This document shows, piece by piece, positions 1 through 12,000 of a DNA stretch of 64,000 nt (within the stretch, counting starts at the first letter, position 1; each line of letters begins with the position of its first letter). The stretch comes from Mayamaea pseudoterrestris. Taxonomy: Eukaryota. The stretch is taken from positions 186,001-250,000 of the forward strand of contig BROI01000028.1 of assembly GCA_027923505.1 (NCBI GenBank), given 5' to 3'. Under the pieces are notes generated by a model. It searched no databases. It worked only from the letters and a program-made list of their open reading frames with translations, and was not told where the DNA came from. The position numbers and the translations under genes are program-made.

Positions 1-848
1 ACGACCGTTGCCGCTTGGGCGCTCCTCGCTCGTCCTCGAATGCGGGCAGCTATATTGCCGCGACCTGCGTGACCGGCTTGTAAAATCGACTCTGGCAGGT
101 TGTATTGACTCCGAATATCAACACTTGCGCGATTCAGTTGCTCTGCATTGTTCGTGGAAGCAGATGCTGTTGCATTTAGAGCGTTTACAACATTATCGCC
201 TGCACCGGCAAATCGCCTTCTATTTAGACTCGATTGTAAATTAATAAGACCTGCATCAGGATGCAGTTGACCGCCCCAGGGACGCGTCCGTGTACCGAAT
301 AAGAAGTTTGATTCACGTCCCATCGTTCGTCTCGTCCAAGAGTCCCGCTGACGAGCATGTGCATCAGGTTCGGGCGATTTATCACACAAAATGCCAAACT
401 GAACCAATTTCGGACTTGCTCCAGACTTCTTGTCTGCTGCTCGCGCCGCTTCTATTTGCTCCTGCAAGTGTTGAATCCACGCGCGCTCCTTGAAACGCAT
501 CGGAATGGTATCTCCCGGGAATACAACAACGTCCATGTTCATGACCGCAAGCGTTCTGTAATTGGGACGAATTGCCAGTGGTTCCTGCGAATTGCGACGA
601 ATAGTCGTTGCAGCAGTCGAGTCATCGTACGGATTCGTCTTGTAAGTGGAAGTTTCCCGAGTGGTTTGGCGAGTATCAGTTGTATTTGCATCGCTGCCAA
701 GATTTACAGCAGTCGATGATGCAATATTCGTCCAGTGATTCGCCGTGGAAAGAATTTGTAGCGAGCCCGATGGAAGGTAGGAGTGTTCGCGCGCGGTCGG
801 CTGCAGCGGCAGCGATGGAGCGGAGGCGCGCTCTGGATCAGACGACAT
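1..848 (-). CDS. CRBN: Cereblon-like protein (LON N-terminal domain), 5' part; runs off the window edge
   Basis: Not in the ORF track. Manual translation from ATG at 848 is open to base 1: MSSDPERASAPSLPLQPTAREHSYLP...LAVMNMDVVVFPGDTIPMRF. This resembles the cereblon PTxHxYL and LON-N 'V..PG.TLP' motifs. Confidence 0.65.
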   Translation of the reverse strand, partial: MSSDPERASAPSLPLQPTAREHSYLPSGSLQILSTANHWTNIASSTAVNLGSDANTTDTRQTTRETSTYKTNPYDDSTAATTIRRNSQEPLAIRPNYRTLAVMNMDVVVFPGDTIPMRFKERAWIQHLQEQIEAARAADKKSGASPKLVQFGILCDKSPEPDAHARQRDSWTRRTMGRESNFLFGTRTRPWGGQLHPDAGLINLQSSLNRRRFAGAGDNVVNALNATASASTNNAEQLNRASVDIRSQYNLPESILQAGHAGRGNIAARIRGRARSAQAATV

Positions 849-1312
849 GCTGTTAATTTTAATGTATCGAATATAGCAACAATAAAGGGAGACGGCGAAA
901 TGTTTTGTCAAGCAGCGAACTCGTCGATCTTGATCACACTTCTTGTCATGTTGTGATGTGTGATGTGCGAAATGGCCTGCCAAGATATCGCTGCGACAGA
1001 GTATTCACTGTGGAGACGAACACTTTCATTCCCGTCTGACGTCATCGGCATTGGCATGCATTGGTTCTCGATCGTGCATCATGCAAAGGGTCGACATTCG
1101 ACCATGACATTGCTGAGCGGACCATATCATAAGCTACAAGTGCTACAGTTTGCGGTTTGAGTTGCAACCGATTAAACGAAAGTTGCGAGATTGTGACGAA
1201 TACGGTCGCTTTATTTACTCACCCTTCGGCAACACATTCCGACTCGACGATTCATCGGCTCATCGATCGTGCATCGCTCCTCCACCAAAATCGCAACGAC
1301 AACTTTATCAAC

Positions 1313-4300
1313 ATGGAAGCAGCCACTCAGTCTCCTCCGAGCGCGCCTCTGCCTTCAACGACTGGCATGAAACCAACAGCAGCCACTGTATCGCCCGAGG
1401 CATTTTCGTCCTTGTCGTCTCGCATGCAAGTCAACAAAAACGTTGTCGACGAACTTCTCTTGGTTTGCGGAGTGATTGGAACTGCAGCTGAAGGTGATCA
1501 GTTTGTTCCAGTCACGGATTGTCTCAATTGGTTGCAAGATTTACAGCGAGCATTGCGTCGAGATGAAGATTTGTATCGGCCCATTAGCTTGCTGCTTGGA
1601 CAGTGGAAGGTGGTGCCGCAAAAGCTGCTTCCACTCGTCATGACTTGTCGATACGATACGGCCATGGTGTTGACTGTGTGCAAGATTTTGGTGATTTTGA
1701 CCAAGCCACTTGCGGGAAATACCGTCCGAGCCGCGCAAATGGTGATTGATACGAAAAAGACAAAGAGTAGTCCACCAGAGTAAGTGAAGCGAATCTGAGT
1801 GAACCTGGTATGCTTTTGCTGTTTCCTTAAAATACTGCATCTTACTCTTCGATGATATCTCTTGTAACATCATTAAGGTTTGAAATGCTCATTGCGCAAA
1901 AGATCAAGCTCCGCGAGAACGCATTGGCCCAGTGTAACACGCTGCTTGATCTCAAACATTCAATTTGCCATCATCCGTCACACTACGGCAGCGACGACGG
2001 TAACGGAGGTCTACTATCCATATTTGTTTCCTTGCTTGCCGAACCCTTGTCGAAAGCCGGTACGGCTCGGACAGACGCCGACCACTTGACAATTGAGCTA
2101 GTGTTGCACTTGTTTCGAAACTTGCTTGCGGCGGAGTCTTTGCTTGGAGGTGATGCCAGCCACCGATCGCAGCAGCTCCACAATGATTTGATTGTCCTGC
2201 TGGAGCAGGAAATGGTTTTGGAAATCCTGTTTGTTCTGGCGGCAGACTTGGAAGCCCGAGAGAATCAGCCGTACAATCTAATGGTCATGGAACTGGTGCA
2301 TCACATGTTGAAGCATCACGATCCAACCGCTGTGGCGCGAGCCAACGCCAAGGACCATCGGCAAGGAAGCGCTACTGCCCCAAAGGTCCAGTCGGGTCGT
2401 TTGAAAGAGCAGCTTTTGCGCGAAAAGCAGTCTATTGCTTCCAACGCGCTCACTCGCCATTCACGCTTTGGTGGCACACTTGTTGTGGAGAAGCATGGGC
2501 GCAAGCAAATCATTCCAGTCGTCCGCGTCGGAGAAAAGCGCAAGGTATTGCCCGCCATTGCGAAGAAGAGGCGAAATAAACGATCGGATCCTTTTGTAAG
2601 TGGAACGTTATCAGTACACGATGAGGGAGGACCGTCACAGCAACGAGCGATGAAGACTATAAATATCTTTTGCGAGCGCTTTGTGAGAGATTGCTATGGG
2701 CCATTCACTAAGAGCGTTAAAAATGAGTTTCGTCGCGAGTCAGCTAGACTGGAAGATGCAGACAATGCCGTATTCTTCCGCATCATTTGGTTCTTTTGCC
2801 AGTGGTGGCGTGTCTCGGGCAAGAACAAGCTTATGCCGACCGAGACGGGCGGAGAAAACCGAGCAGCCTCAGAAAGCGCGCTGGGTCAATTGATCTTTAC
2901 CATGGATATCTACACTTTCAATCTGGTTTTGAAATCCATCGACTCTTTCCTGGATCGCAAGCATTACGCACGCTTGGCGCAGTCGGTTGCAGTTTATAGC
3001 GAGCTTACTCACCTCCTGCACGTCATGTACAATTCGCCCGAGCAGACGGAGCAGATTATGGCCATGGGTCTCATGAATCGGTTATTTTACGCCAGTGAGC
3101 CCCTGGACCGGCTGCCTAAACTGCTAAGCCGATGGATACCTGGGACATGCACGCGAGAGTATCTCTGTGATCTGGCAGAGCTGACTCACATGACGCTGAA
3201 GGTACTCGACGAAAGCTACAAGAAAAGTGAAGGAGCTGCGATGAGACAAGGCGAAAAGCAAGACAAGGTTGACAGGATGCGTGCCCAAGCAGCAGAGTTT
3301 GACGTAGGCGTATACTTTGGACGAAAGATTGTCTCCAACCAAATGGTATTCATGTATACGCAGCTGCTTTCGCGGTATGCTTCAAATGCCCCGCACGTCA
3401 ACCACCGAATCATTGCTTTATTCCTACGGCTTGGCAAGCATAAGGTTGTCTCTCCCGACGCATCTCCGGAAGCGAGTACCTTCTTGCTTCGCCATAAAGT
3501 CGCGTCTCTCGAGCCTATGCTATACAATGTGCACTTGCTTAATGTAATCGACAAGATTCTAAACGACATGAGCATCCGTCGCCAGCAAGACTATGCATCT
3601 CTTCTTTCTTATGCGGCGAGCTTCATATTCAACTTTGCGCAAGCCGCTAAGATCAACCCTGTCCTGTTTGTCGAAGCTCTTTTCAAGCAGCCACATCCGC
3701 ATAGGTTTAGTGAATTGACCGCCAATATGTACGTCAACGATGAACTGCGCCAAATTGCTGAACGCGATCTCTACATGGAAGAGGGAAAGGCTTTGGAGCA
3801 GGAGGAGTTGAAGGTGAAGCAAAAGGCAGGCAACGACTCGGAATCTTCAGACGATGAATTAGAGTTTGATGACTCTGGTATCACGGGCGGCACTTCGCCG
3901 ACGAAAATTAAGAAATTGAAGAAGCGGCGGATGATCAAGAAGAAAAGGATTGCTATTGATAGTGACAATGCCAGCTCCGGTGAAGGAAGTGTAGACGCAA
4001 ACGAGCCGTTCAAGGCAACTGGCACGGTCGACAAAAGTTCCCTCGCAAAGGATTCGGCAGACACTGATTCTGAAGGCGAGCAAGAAATGCAGACTGGAGA
4101 GAAATCAAAGTCGCGAAAGAAGCAGAGACACAGCATGGGCGACGAGGATGATGACGCCAGCAAAGCCTCGACCAGGGGCAACACTGTCAACGCCGGCTCC
4201 CTAAGATTCTCGGATAAAGGTGACGACGACTCAGACGATGGGCCCACTCTCGATCGAGAACAGCGGTCAGCTGAGAAGTTTGCCAAAATGAAGAAAGCTA

Positions 4301-4425
4301 TAGGGGCGATGAATACGTCAAACAGCGAAAGTGGCGACGAAGAAGTAGATGCGGCGACACAGAAATCAACAGCTGGAATTGGCCGAAGCTTGTACGACGG
4401 TGACAACGGCAATGATACCGACTAA
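1313..4425 (+). CDS. TIMELESS: Timeless/Tof1 replication fork protection protein; 2 exons (intron ~1780-1877)
   Basis: Timeless N-terminus (CLNWLQDLQRALRRD, LVILTKP), RHSRFGG motif and acidic low-complexity tail. A GTAAGT...AAG intron joins ORFs 1157-1783 and 1852-4425 in frame. Confidence 0.85.
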
Positions 4426-4475
4426 TTTAGTGCTATATGCATGGCGCAATGACTCAACTTATCATTATATATTTA

Positions 4476-5714
4476 CTAAAATATGACATCACATGCACTG
4501 CGAACGATAAAGTAGATCTGAGATTTAGATTTTTGACGTCGCGCCATAATCACAAGCGTCCGGATCGCCGCCCGACGCAAAAGAGGATTCGTGATCTTCA
4601 GTACTTCCTCCATTCGAAGAGGCACCATTTTGTTAAGTTGCAAGCAACGCACAATCTGACATATCCATGTACGTGGGTGTTTACAATTTTTCGGAAGCTG
4701 CACATCCTGCAAGAAGGGGCTCGATTTGACCAAGTCGGCAATCAGTTGCGAATACACATACGGTTCTTGTAGAGCGTCGAGGGTTCGGATCAGAGGATCA
4801 AACCCGATCTTCTGCATGGTAGGATGCGCTTTCATCAATGGGCAGAGCGCTTCCCAAAATGTGAGTAAATCAAACCAAGCACCACTTAGACGTAGCGTCG
4901 TCAGCCGTAGCCTGTGCAAAACATTCGCGAGGGATGTAGCGTTGCGGACGCATAAAGCCTTTAGCGCATCGCGTGTTTCCCCAGCGTATGGGAATCCTTG
5001 GCTTGTATGGATCCGGAGTGATGTTACTTGAGAAGCTTCATTCAGCGACCAAATGCAATCGTCATTATTACTATATATATTAATATATAAATGCAGTGTG
5101 TTCAAAGTCACCGGAAAAGTACCATTTACCTGGACATGAACCAAGCAAAGATTTGGAATCAACGACGCACCCAAAGCATCAAAATGACCCTTATCAAGAC
5201 AGAGATAGGAAATGCTGAGCGTCGTCAAAGAGTCATTTGGCTCTACAAAAGTCGCCAACGCAGCTGAGGAAAATGGAAAGCGAGAACTACCAGCATTCTT
5301 TCCGTCAAATTCCACCGACTTGATTCGAAGGGCTCTTAAAATATGCAGGAGATTGTCGAGTGGTAAGGTATCCATGGGTTGCAAGCCGTCGTTTTGAACC
5401 ATGTAGACGCCAATCTTAAGGTCCTGATGAAAATGTCCGTCATGAGAGGTGACGTGCAACAAAAAGGTGAATTCGTCATGTCGCCGCAATTTACGCGCGA
5501 TAGGACCTCGCGAGTCGATGAGGAAAAGGTGCCGAGATAGCCAGACAATTCTAGTCCGCCCGTATTCCGCGAAGATACGAATATTACTGCCTTGAAAGGC
5601 AGCATGTATGAGCTCAGGTCTCACTAGCTCGACTTCGGAGCACCCGCGAAAGTCTTCTCCAAGGCCGTTCTCGGGAGTCCCCAAGCGGTGAATGGCGGCA
5701 AAACACGACTCCAT
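4476..5714 (-). CDS. Hypothetical protein, possibly degenerate RNI-like/LRR (LxxLxL repeats)
   Basis: 412-aa ATG ORF with LTTLSIS, LNTLHLY, VTSLRIH and LTTLRLS repeats. Confidence 0.55.
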   Translation of the reverse strand: MESCFAAIHRLGTPENGLGEDFRGCSEVELVRPELIHAAFQGSNIRIFAEYGRTRIVWLSRHLFLIDSRGPIARKLRRHDEFTFLLHVTSHDGHFHQDLKIGVYMVQNDGLQPMDTLPLDNLLHILRALRIKSVEFDGKNAGSSRFPFSSAALATFVEPNDSLTTLSISYLCLDKGHFDALGASLIPNLCLVHVQVNGTFPVTLNTLHLYINIYSNNDDCIWSLNEASQVTSLRIHTSQGFPYAGETRDALKALCVRNATSLANVLHRLRLTTLRLSGAWFDLLTFWEALCPLMKAHPTMQKIGFDPLIRTLDALQEPYVYSQLIADLVKSSPFLQDVQLPKNCKHPRTWICQIVRCLQLNKMVPLRMEEVLKITNPLLRRAAIRTLVIMARRQKSKSQIYFIVRSACDVIF

Positions 5715-6005
5715 TAGTTTTACTTGCTTCTACTAGTGCTGTCGCGTAGATCTGTATCAATTCACTTGCAGGATATGATAGCAGCGTGGGCTTTCTCGCT
5801 GCTGGCTTTTTGAAAAACCATGGCGATGAGTGTGAGCGTATTATGTCGCAGTGTGACAATAGCGCGAATGAATGCGAGTCTTAATTGCGCGCCAGTCGTC
5901 GGAACGATGCGCGCATCACCATGGCGGAGCAAAAATCGTAGCCGTTCCATTCCGTCTTTTCACAGCAACTGCCTACCCTGATACATTCAGCAGCAATTTG
6001 TAATA

Positions 6006-9000
6006 ATGGATCGCAAGCCTCCTGCCGATGCAACGATAGAACCCCAGCGCAAAAAGCCGCGACGAGTGGGGGTGATTGCCCTTGAAGACATCAAAACGGT
6101 GATCCCAGCTTCGCAACTTCCATGGAACAATCGTGATATAGAGCCTGTTGGTGGCCTGCGCATTCCGTCACAGGGAATCGCTCTTCCGTTTGACATTGAT
6201 GAGTCGGATCCTATTTTGCAGAACGCCATCAGTGAAACTGCTGGGGCGACAGAAACCGCTGCCTCTGCGAACCCAGAAAGGACGGACGCGGCGAGTCGCG
6301 TGGCAGCGACGAACATTGGACTAACTGACGGGACGGCTTCTTCGTCTGGTGACAAATCCCAGCTGCCCACGGATAAAACTAGTGATCAAAACTCTATCAA
6401 CGCACACGACAATTCGCAGTGGTCGGACGAGATCTACGAAACTTTTCCAATCACCATTGCAGCGAAAGGATCACTGTCGGGAACTCTTGGTCTATATGAC
6501 GCAACTCCCGACATGATCAAAAGATTCAAATGCCATTCGAATCAAAATATTTGCAAGGTGACTGGAATGACACCCGACGGCATTGGAACTGCCAGCGGCT
6601 TACGAGTGGGAGATTTTTTCGTCAAGCGAATAGATGCTGCCACCGTCGCTTTGGAGGACTATGAAAGTGTTTTCGATCGACTCAAATCGGCGGAACGACC
6701 ATTGACGCTTTTGATTGCGCGCTTGCGAAGCCAAAGTTCTAAGGAACTTGCATCGACAGTGTCTGCGCAACCGCAAGCAGCTGCAGGGGATGCGTCTACA
6801 ACAAATGCACTGGAGTCTGCGCCAATCGAGGCGCCCAGCCAAGAAACACTGGCACAACCAACAACGAAGGAACAAACTGCTGCGGCCAGTTCTGGCAAGG
6901 ATGAGTCGGATGAGCTGAACACCTCGTCAACTCGTAGTGAAAGAACTGCTGTTGCAGCCTGTGACAAGCCATCCTTGCCAAGTGGTGACAATAGTGCTCC
7001 GTCGGCGAAAGGGGTGGAAGATTTGGAATGGGAGACAATGTTTCAGAGGTTCTGTAAAGTAGGGGAAGGCACTACGGAGTTAAAAGCTGGCATTGAAACA
7101 GATCAAGCACTTGCCGCGTGGATAGTTCAACAGCGATCACTGTCTGAGCATGGTAATGGCCAGTTAAGTAAAGAGAGAATTAGACAACTAGAGTCCAACG
7201 GGTTAGCGTTTGGCCGACCCGCGGTATCAGGTCCAGATTCAAGCTCCGGGGCAACAAGCGAACCGTGCGACACTGTTGTCGCCGATAAACGACTAATCGT
7301 TATGAACAACGCCCCACCTACAGTTACGAAACGCTCAATGCAAGTACCAACGCCTCGTAGCACAGGCGTCGTTGCAAACCAAGACAAGGGCGCACCCACT
7401 GCTGACTGGCTCGACATGTTCCATGCCTTGGTGGCTTATAAAGAGAAACATGGCACGTTTGTTGTACCAAATAACGTGGTTCATTGTGGCAAAAACCTGT
7501 CATTTTGGCTTCAAACACAACGCCGCCTTTACAAGAACAAATTTCGAAATACGAAACCTTTTCTATCGCAGCAAAAGATCGACTTATTTCGTTCCATATC
7601 GCTTGATCTAGACCCGTTGGGAAGGCTTTCGAATCAAGACAACGTGCCCGGTGGGACGAATGCAAACACGGAGCCTCCATCCGTCAATCTTGGCTCGGAA
7701 CGCGTGGAATTGGAGCTGACAAGGGCAAGCAGGAACGCAGAGAAAATGACGACCCGAGTTTTGTCGCAGGAGTCCGAGAACGACTCCGTGACTGCGGCGT
7801 CCGGACGCCCTGCTCTGGCTGACAGTGGACCTGAAACCGAATCTGCAAGACAAACGCAAGGCCATTTTTCCGCGCATGAACCGCCATCAGCTTCTATAGC
7901 AGTGATGAACGATGTGGTGGTGAATGATAGACTTTCGCATGGTCTGCCTGTTACCGCGGGCGATGTTTTGCCTACCACACCGGTGTGCGAGGCTGCGGAG
8001 AGAGCACACAAAGAACGATGTCTGTTAGAGAGTCGCGTCATGTCATGGCTTGATCGTCGAATTTGTGCCGCCGAAGAGAGTGCATACATGGACGAACAAA
8101 ACGTAGACATCACCCTTGCAGAAAAAAACGAGCGACGCACTGCCTTCGTGCAAGAGAATTTTCTAAAAGACAACGTTTCTTCTCCGATTAGTCAGTCTGA
8201 TTGCCTCCAGTTTGCATCCGAAGAGCGAAAATACTTGGAGGAAGTCAGTCTGGAAATTGAACAAGCTGCTGCAATTGCAAACAACATGTATACACAAATG
8301 ACATTAACGGATACGGCGAATACGGCGACGGACACCAGATTGGAAGTTCGCAACAATCAGCTCAAGTGTCATAGCCCAACCAATATTGCAAAGAAGCAAT
8401 TCAAAATGAAAGCTTTTTTGCCTTCCTTCCAAGTGCTCAACGGAATGAATAAACCGCTTTGGACCTTCGATGACATCGACAAGATTGCTCGTTCCGTCGA
8501 AGCTGCACCAAATATGAAGCTGCAAGGTGCCCTTACCGTTAAAGAATGCAAAGATGATGATTCCACTATCTGCCTAGAATTAATTGGATCGAAAGAAGTT
8601 AGTGAACAGATCATGTCGGCGATTGGAAATGTCCTTGGAAGACGTTGTCGCGCCCACGAAAAATGTGGGGCTGTTATAGGCGTTGACTCGCTGGTAACTG
8701 ACATTGATTGGACCAATAAAGATTTAAGATTGGGTAACCCGGCGTTTGTCAAAGAGACATATAAGGCGCCGCCGTCGTTGAATATAGTCGCTGCGGACAG
8801 GAGTCGAGAGGCACCACTTAAAGGTGTCAGTCCAAAAGTGGTTTCGTACACGCATTTTGCCAAAAAAGTTAAGGACGCTATTGATATCGAATGGAAGCAG
8901 TCGAAGATTGCATCGACTTTTGTATCTGGCCGCATGTGGGCCCGACACAAGAGGATGTTTGGTTTTCTCTGCGATGATGCCTGTAAATGTGTGTTTAGTT

Positions 9001-12000
9001 TAGGCAGTTTAAGCGCTACGGTGGTAGCAGACAAGCTCAGAGATCTTTCAAAGGAGGATTGGACGAACCCGCTGGCTTTGACTGCTAACAAAATGCCAGT
9101 TGGGTTTGTTTCCGCGTACGCGGATAAGTTTCTGCCGCGGCTACAAGAGAAGTACCCGCTAGAGTCACCTGCTGCATTGCTTGGTCGTCTTGTGAAGATG
9201 TGGCATGTGCACGAGACGGCCTGCAATAATGTTTGCGAATGTGACGCCAATATGGCGATGGAGAGTCCGAGCAAATTCGTCGCAACGGTCGACGCTTTGC
9301 AAAGCGTCATCCCACGAAAACGCAAGGTTTATGAAGTAGAACCTTCCAGCACGCTGCTCTCCAGCGGAAAAGACACTAAAAAGGCGGAAGCTCTTGCGAC
9401 GACTGGTGGTTTGGTTGCCAATAACTCGGAGTATGAAGTTGATTTTCGTGCTTCCGATCCACTGGGCTTCTTTTGTGTCTCCTACGAGAACCATATTCAC
9501 GAGTCAGCATGCAAAATTGCCTCTGTAGCTCCGAATGGCCAAGCTCGCTCGCTTGATACTAGGATCCAAGGCGGAACGATTATTATGAGCGCCTCGAATG
9601 AGGGCAACATGGAGCGCGTATCAACTCTAGCACATTTGCAAGAGCTGTATGAACGCGCCCATCGCAACAAGGGTTCGTTGCGTTTGTCGCTTAGTAACAA
9701 GGACGTCACCACTCTTACTATGGCTCAAGCAGAAGACCTCAAGTCGCATTGGTCAAGCGGCGGTAAATGGAAAGACACTACTTTAAAAGGCTGGGCGGGA
9801 GAAAGTCCGCGTCTGCTAGAATATGCCCCTGTTGTTCATCCAGACAGGCTCGCAGAATCGGCGGTACAAGTACTGCCTACTGCCGCAAGGACGGACATAC
9901 CGGTAGACGCACCTGATGCGCGTGCAAGATCAAAATGGATCATGTTTGAATCCACAAGAAATGTTGTGGGTCATTGTCAAGCACCGCCTATATTGAAACA
10001 ACGAACGTCAGCGGGGGAGAAATACGGTACGAAGCGCGTAAGGTTCCCTGCTAATGTAATAAAGGAGTACCGCGTGTATCTCACAGATCGGGCACCAAAC
10101 ATATTTTGGATTGAAAACTCATCAGGAAGTGCTGGGAAAGCCACTACGCAAGCACCATCGAAGGAGGATCTTTTGCAAGCTTTACAATTACAAGGATTTA
10201 AAGAAACGATTACACTTTTGCAGCGAGGCGCGGCCGCAGACATCGAGTCACCAGATGCGCTGACGATACTCTTGAAAGATGTTATAAATCCTTCACTAGT
10301 AAATACTGCCGCTCAATTGAAAATAAACCCGAATGATAAGACTCTTGCCAACATCCATCGAGATCTCTTCATCAAGAAGCAGCTCTTGAAGATTTGCGAG
10401 CGTCAGATACTAGCCGTAAAGAAAGTTAAAGCACTCAAGAAATGGGCTATGATTGAGCTCCAAATACTCTCGATTCATGATCTAAGCTTGAATTCCGTAG
10501 CTGAGAGTGGCAGCCAGTTGGTCCTTGCTGTTTTGAACCGCCACGATGAACCGCCGATTGCGAAGCTGCCAATGATGCCATTTGCAAGTTGCGTGAAGTA
10601 TACGGAATCGCCAATCTACGAAACCCGAGTCAATGTATTGTTAGAATCGCGACAATGGGATATCCATGTGAGTCAGCGCTACTCAAACGGCGTTCAAGTA
10701 CTTCTGGGCTCCGTAAGTGTATCTGCAAAATTCCTCGAAGAATTTTTTCAGGGGAAAAACAAAGCTGGCGACGGCGAAGAAGATTGGCAGACAGTAGATT
10801 GCGACATTGTACCAACTAGCACCAGTAAACTTATTGGCGGACGCATGCTTATAAAGTTTCGAAAAGTGGACATCGACGCCAAAGTTTTCGAGAAAAAGAG
10901 GAAGGAAGCAATTCAAGCAATAAAATTAATGTTTGACTGGATGAAGCAATTCAATATTAAAGAGTTGCACGATTCGGAAAGGGAAATGTATAGTTTGAGC
11001 GTGAACATGCGTATTAGTCAGCAACCACTTCTGGACACAGCCATTCAATTGGAAGAACCCGAGCTAATCCGGCAGGCGATGGACTTAGGCGCTGTTGCTT
11101 CAACGTCAGCACTCTTACTGGCTGAAAAATTAGAAGAAAACTTGTCGAGTTGTGAACGATCCGATAGTAATTCTACTAGCACTTTCACCAACGAGCGGCG
11201 CGCACGTATAAAGCAAATAATAAATCTGCTGGGCAACCTAGAGAGCGAGACATTGCAGGAGGTTTTGGACGTCACCGATCCACCCACTTCGACGTCCCCA
11301 TCCCCAGATCGCGTCATGCTCGAGGCGTCGCCGGAGACGGATGCAAAGATTGTGAAAGTACAAGCTCAACCGGAACAAGATGCTGGTCCACATAGAAAAA
11401 CTGAACTTTCAAAGCTACCTGTGCCGGACATGGAAAGACCTAAAGCACCGGCAAGACAATGGAACTCATTGCCATTAGTCGCGGCGTCTTGCAGACAGAA
11501 GGAAACGTCTGAATTATCTGATTTGAACCTGGAAAGACCACAACCACGGGAACGATCACCCACCCAATTGTCAGCGGAGACAGGTTTTCGCAGAGAGCCA
11601 GAAGCGTCGGAACGCCCTGAACTCGATTTGGATTGGCCGCAACAACGGGAACAATCACCCTCAACCTTGGCATCGCGCAAAGAGGTTGATACGCCGGTGC
11701 TACCTGGATTAGACTTGGAACGGTGGATCCTTTCCCGAGACCGCAAGCATGCATGCTGCTCTCACCAATACCGTGGAGGCTGTCGGAGTGCACGCACCAA
11801 TTGTCGCTTTATCCATATTAACTCACTCTGGGGCCCAGCTAATTTTGAATCGCTCTGGTCTTCCAGCAAATCGTCATTCACGGCAGAAGTGGAACGTCTT
11901 GTTGATCGACATGCCACTTATCGAACATGGGAGGCAGGCAATGGGACAGAGTGGTTCACAGCCAAGTATTCGTCCGTTGCGACTGGCGAGAACAGCAGGC

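Noticed and set aside
8369..9325. Long antisense ORFs (e.g. 318 aa here, 236 aa at 19187-19897, 213 aa at 3771-4412)
   Set aside because: These are shadows of real genes on the opposite strand, with no recognisable motifs.
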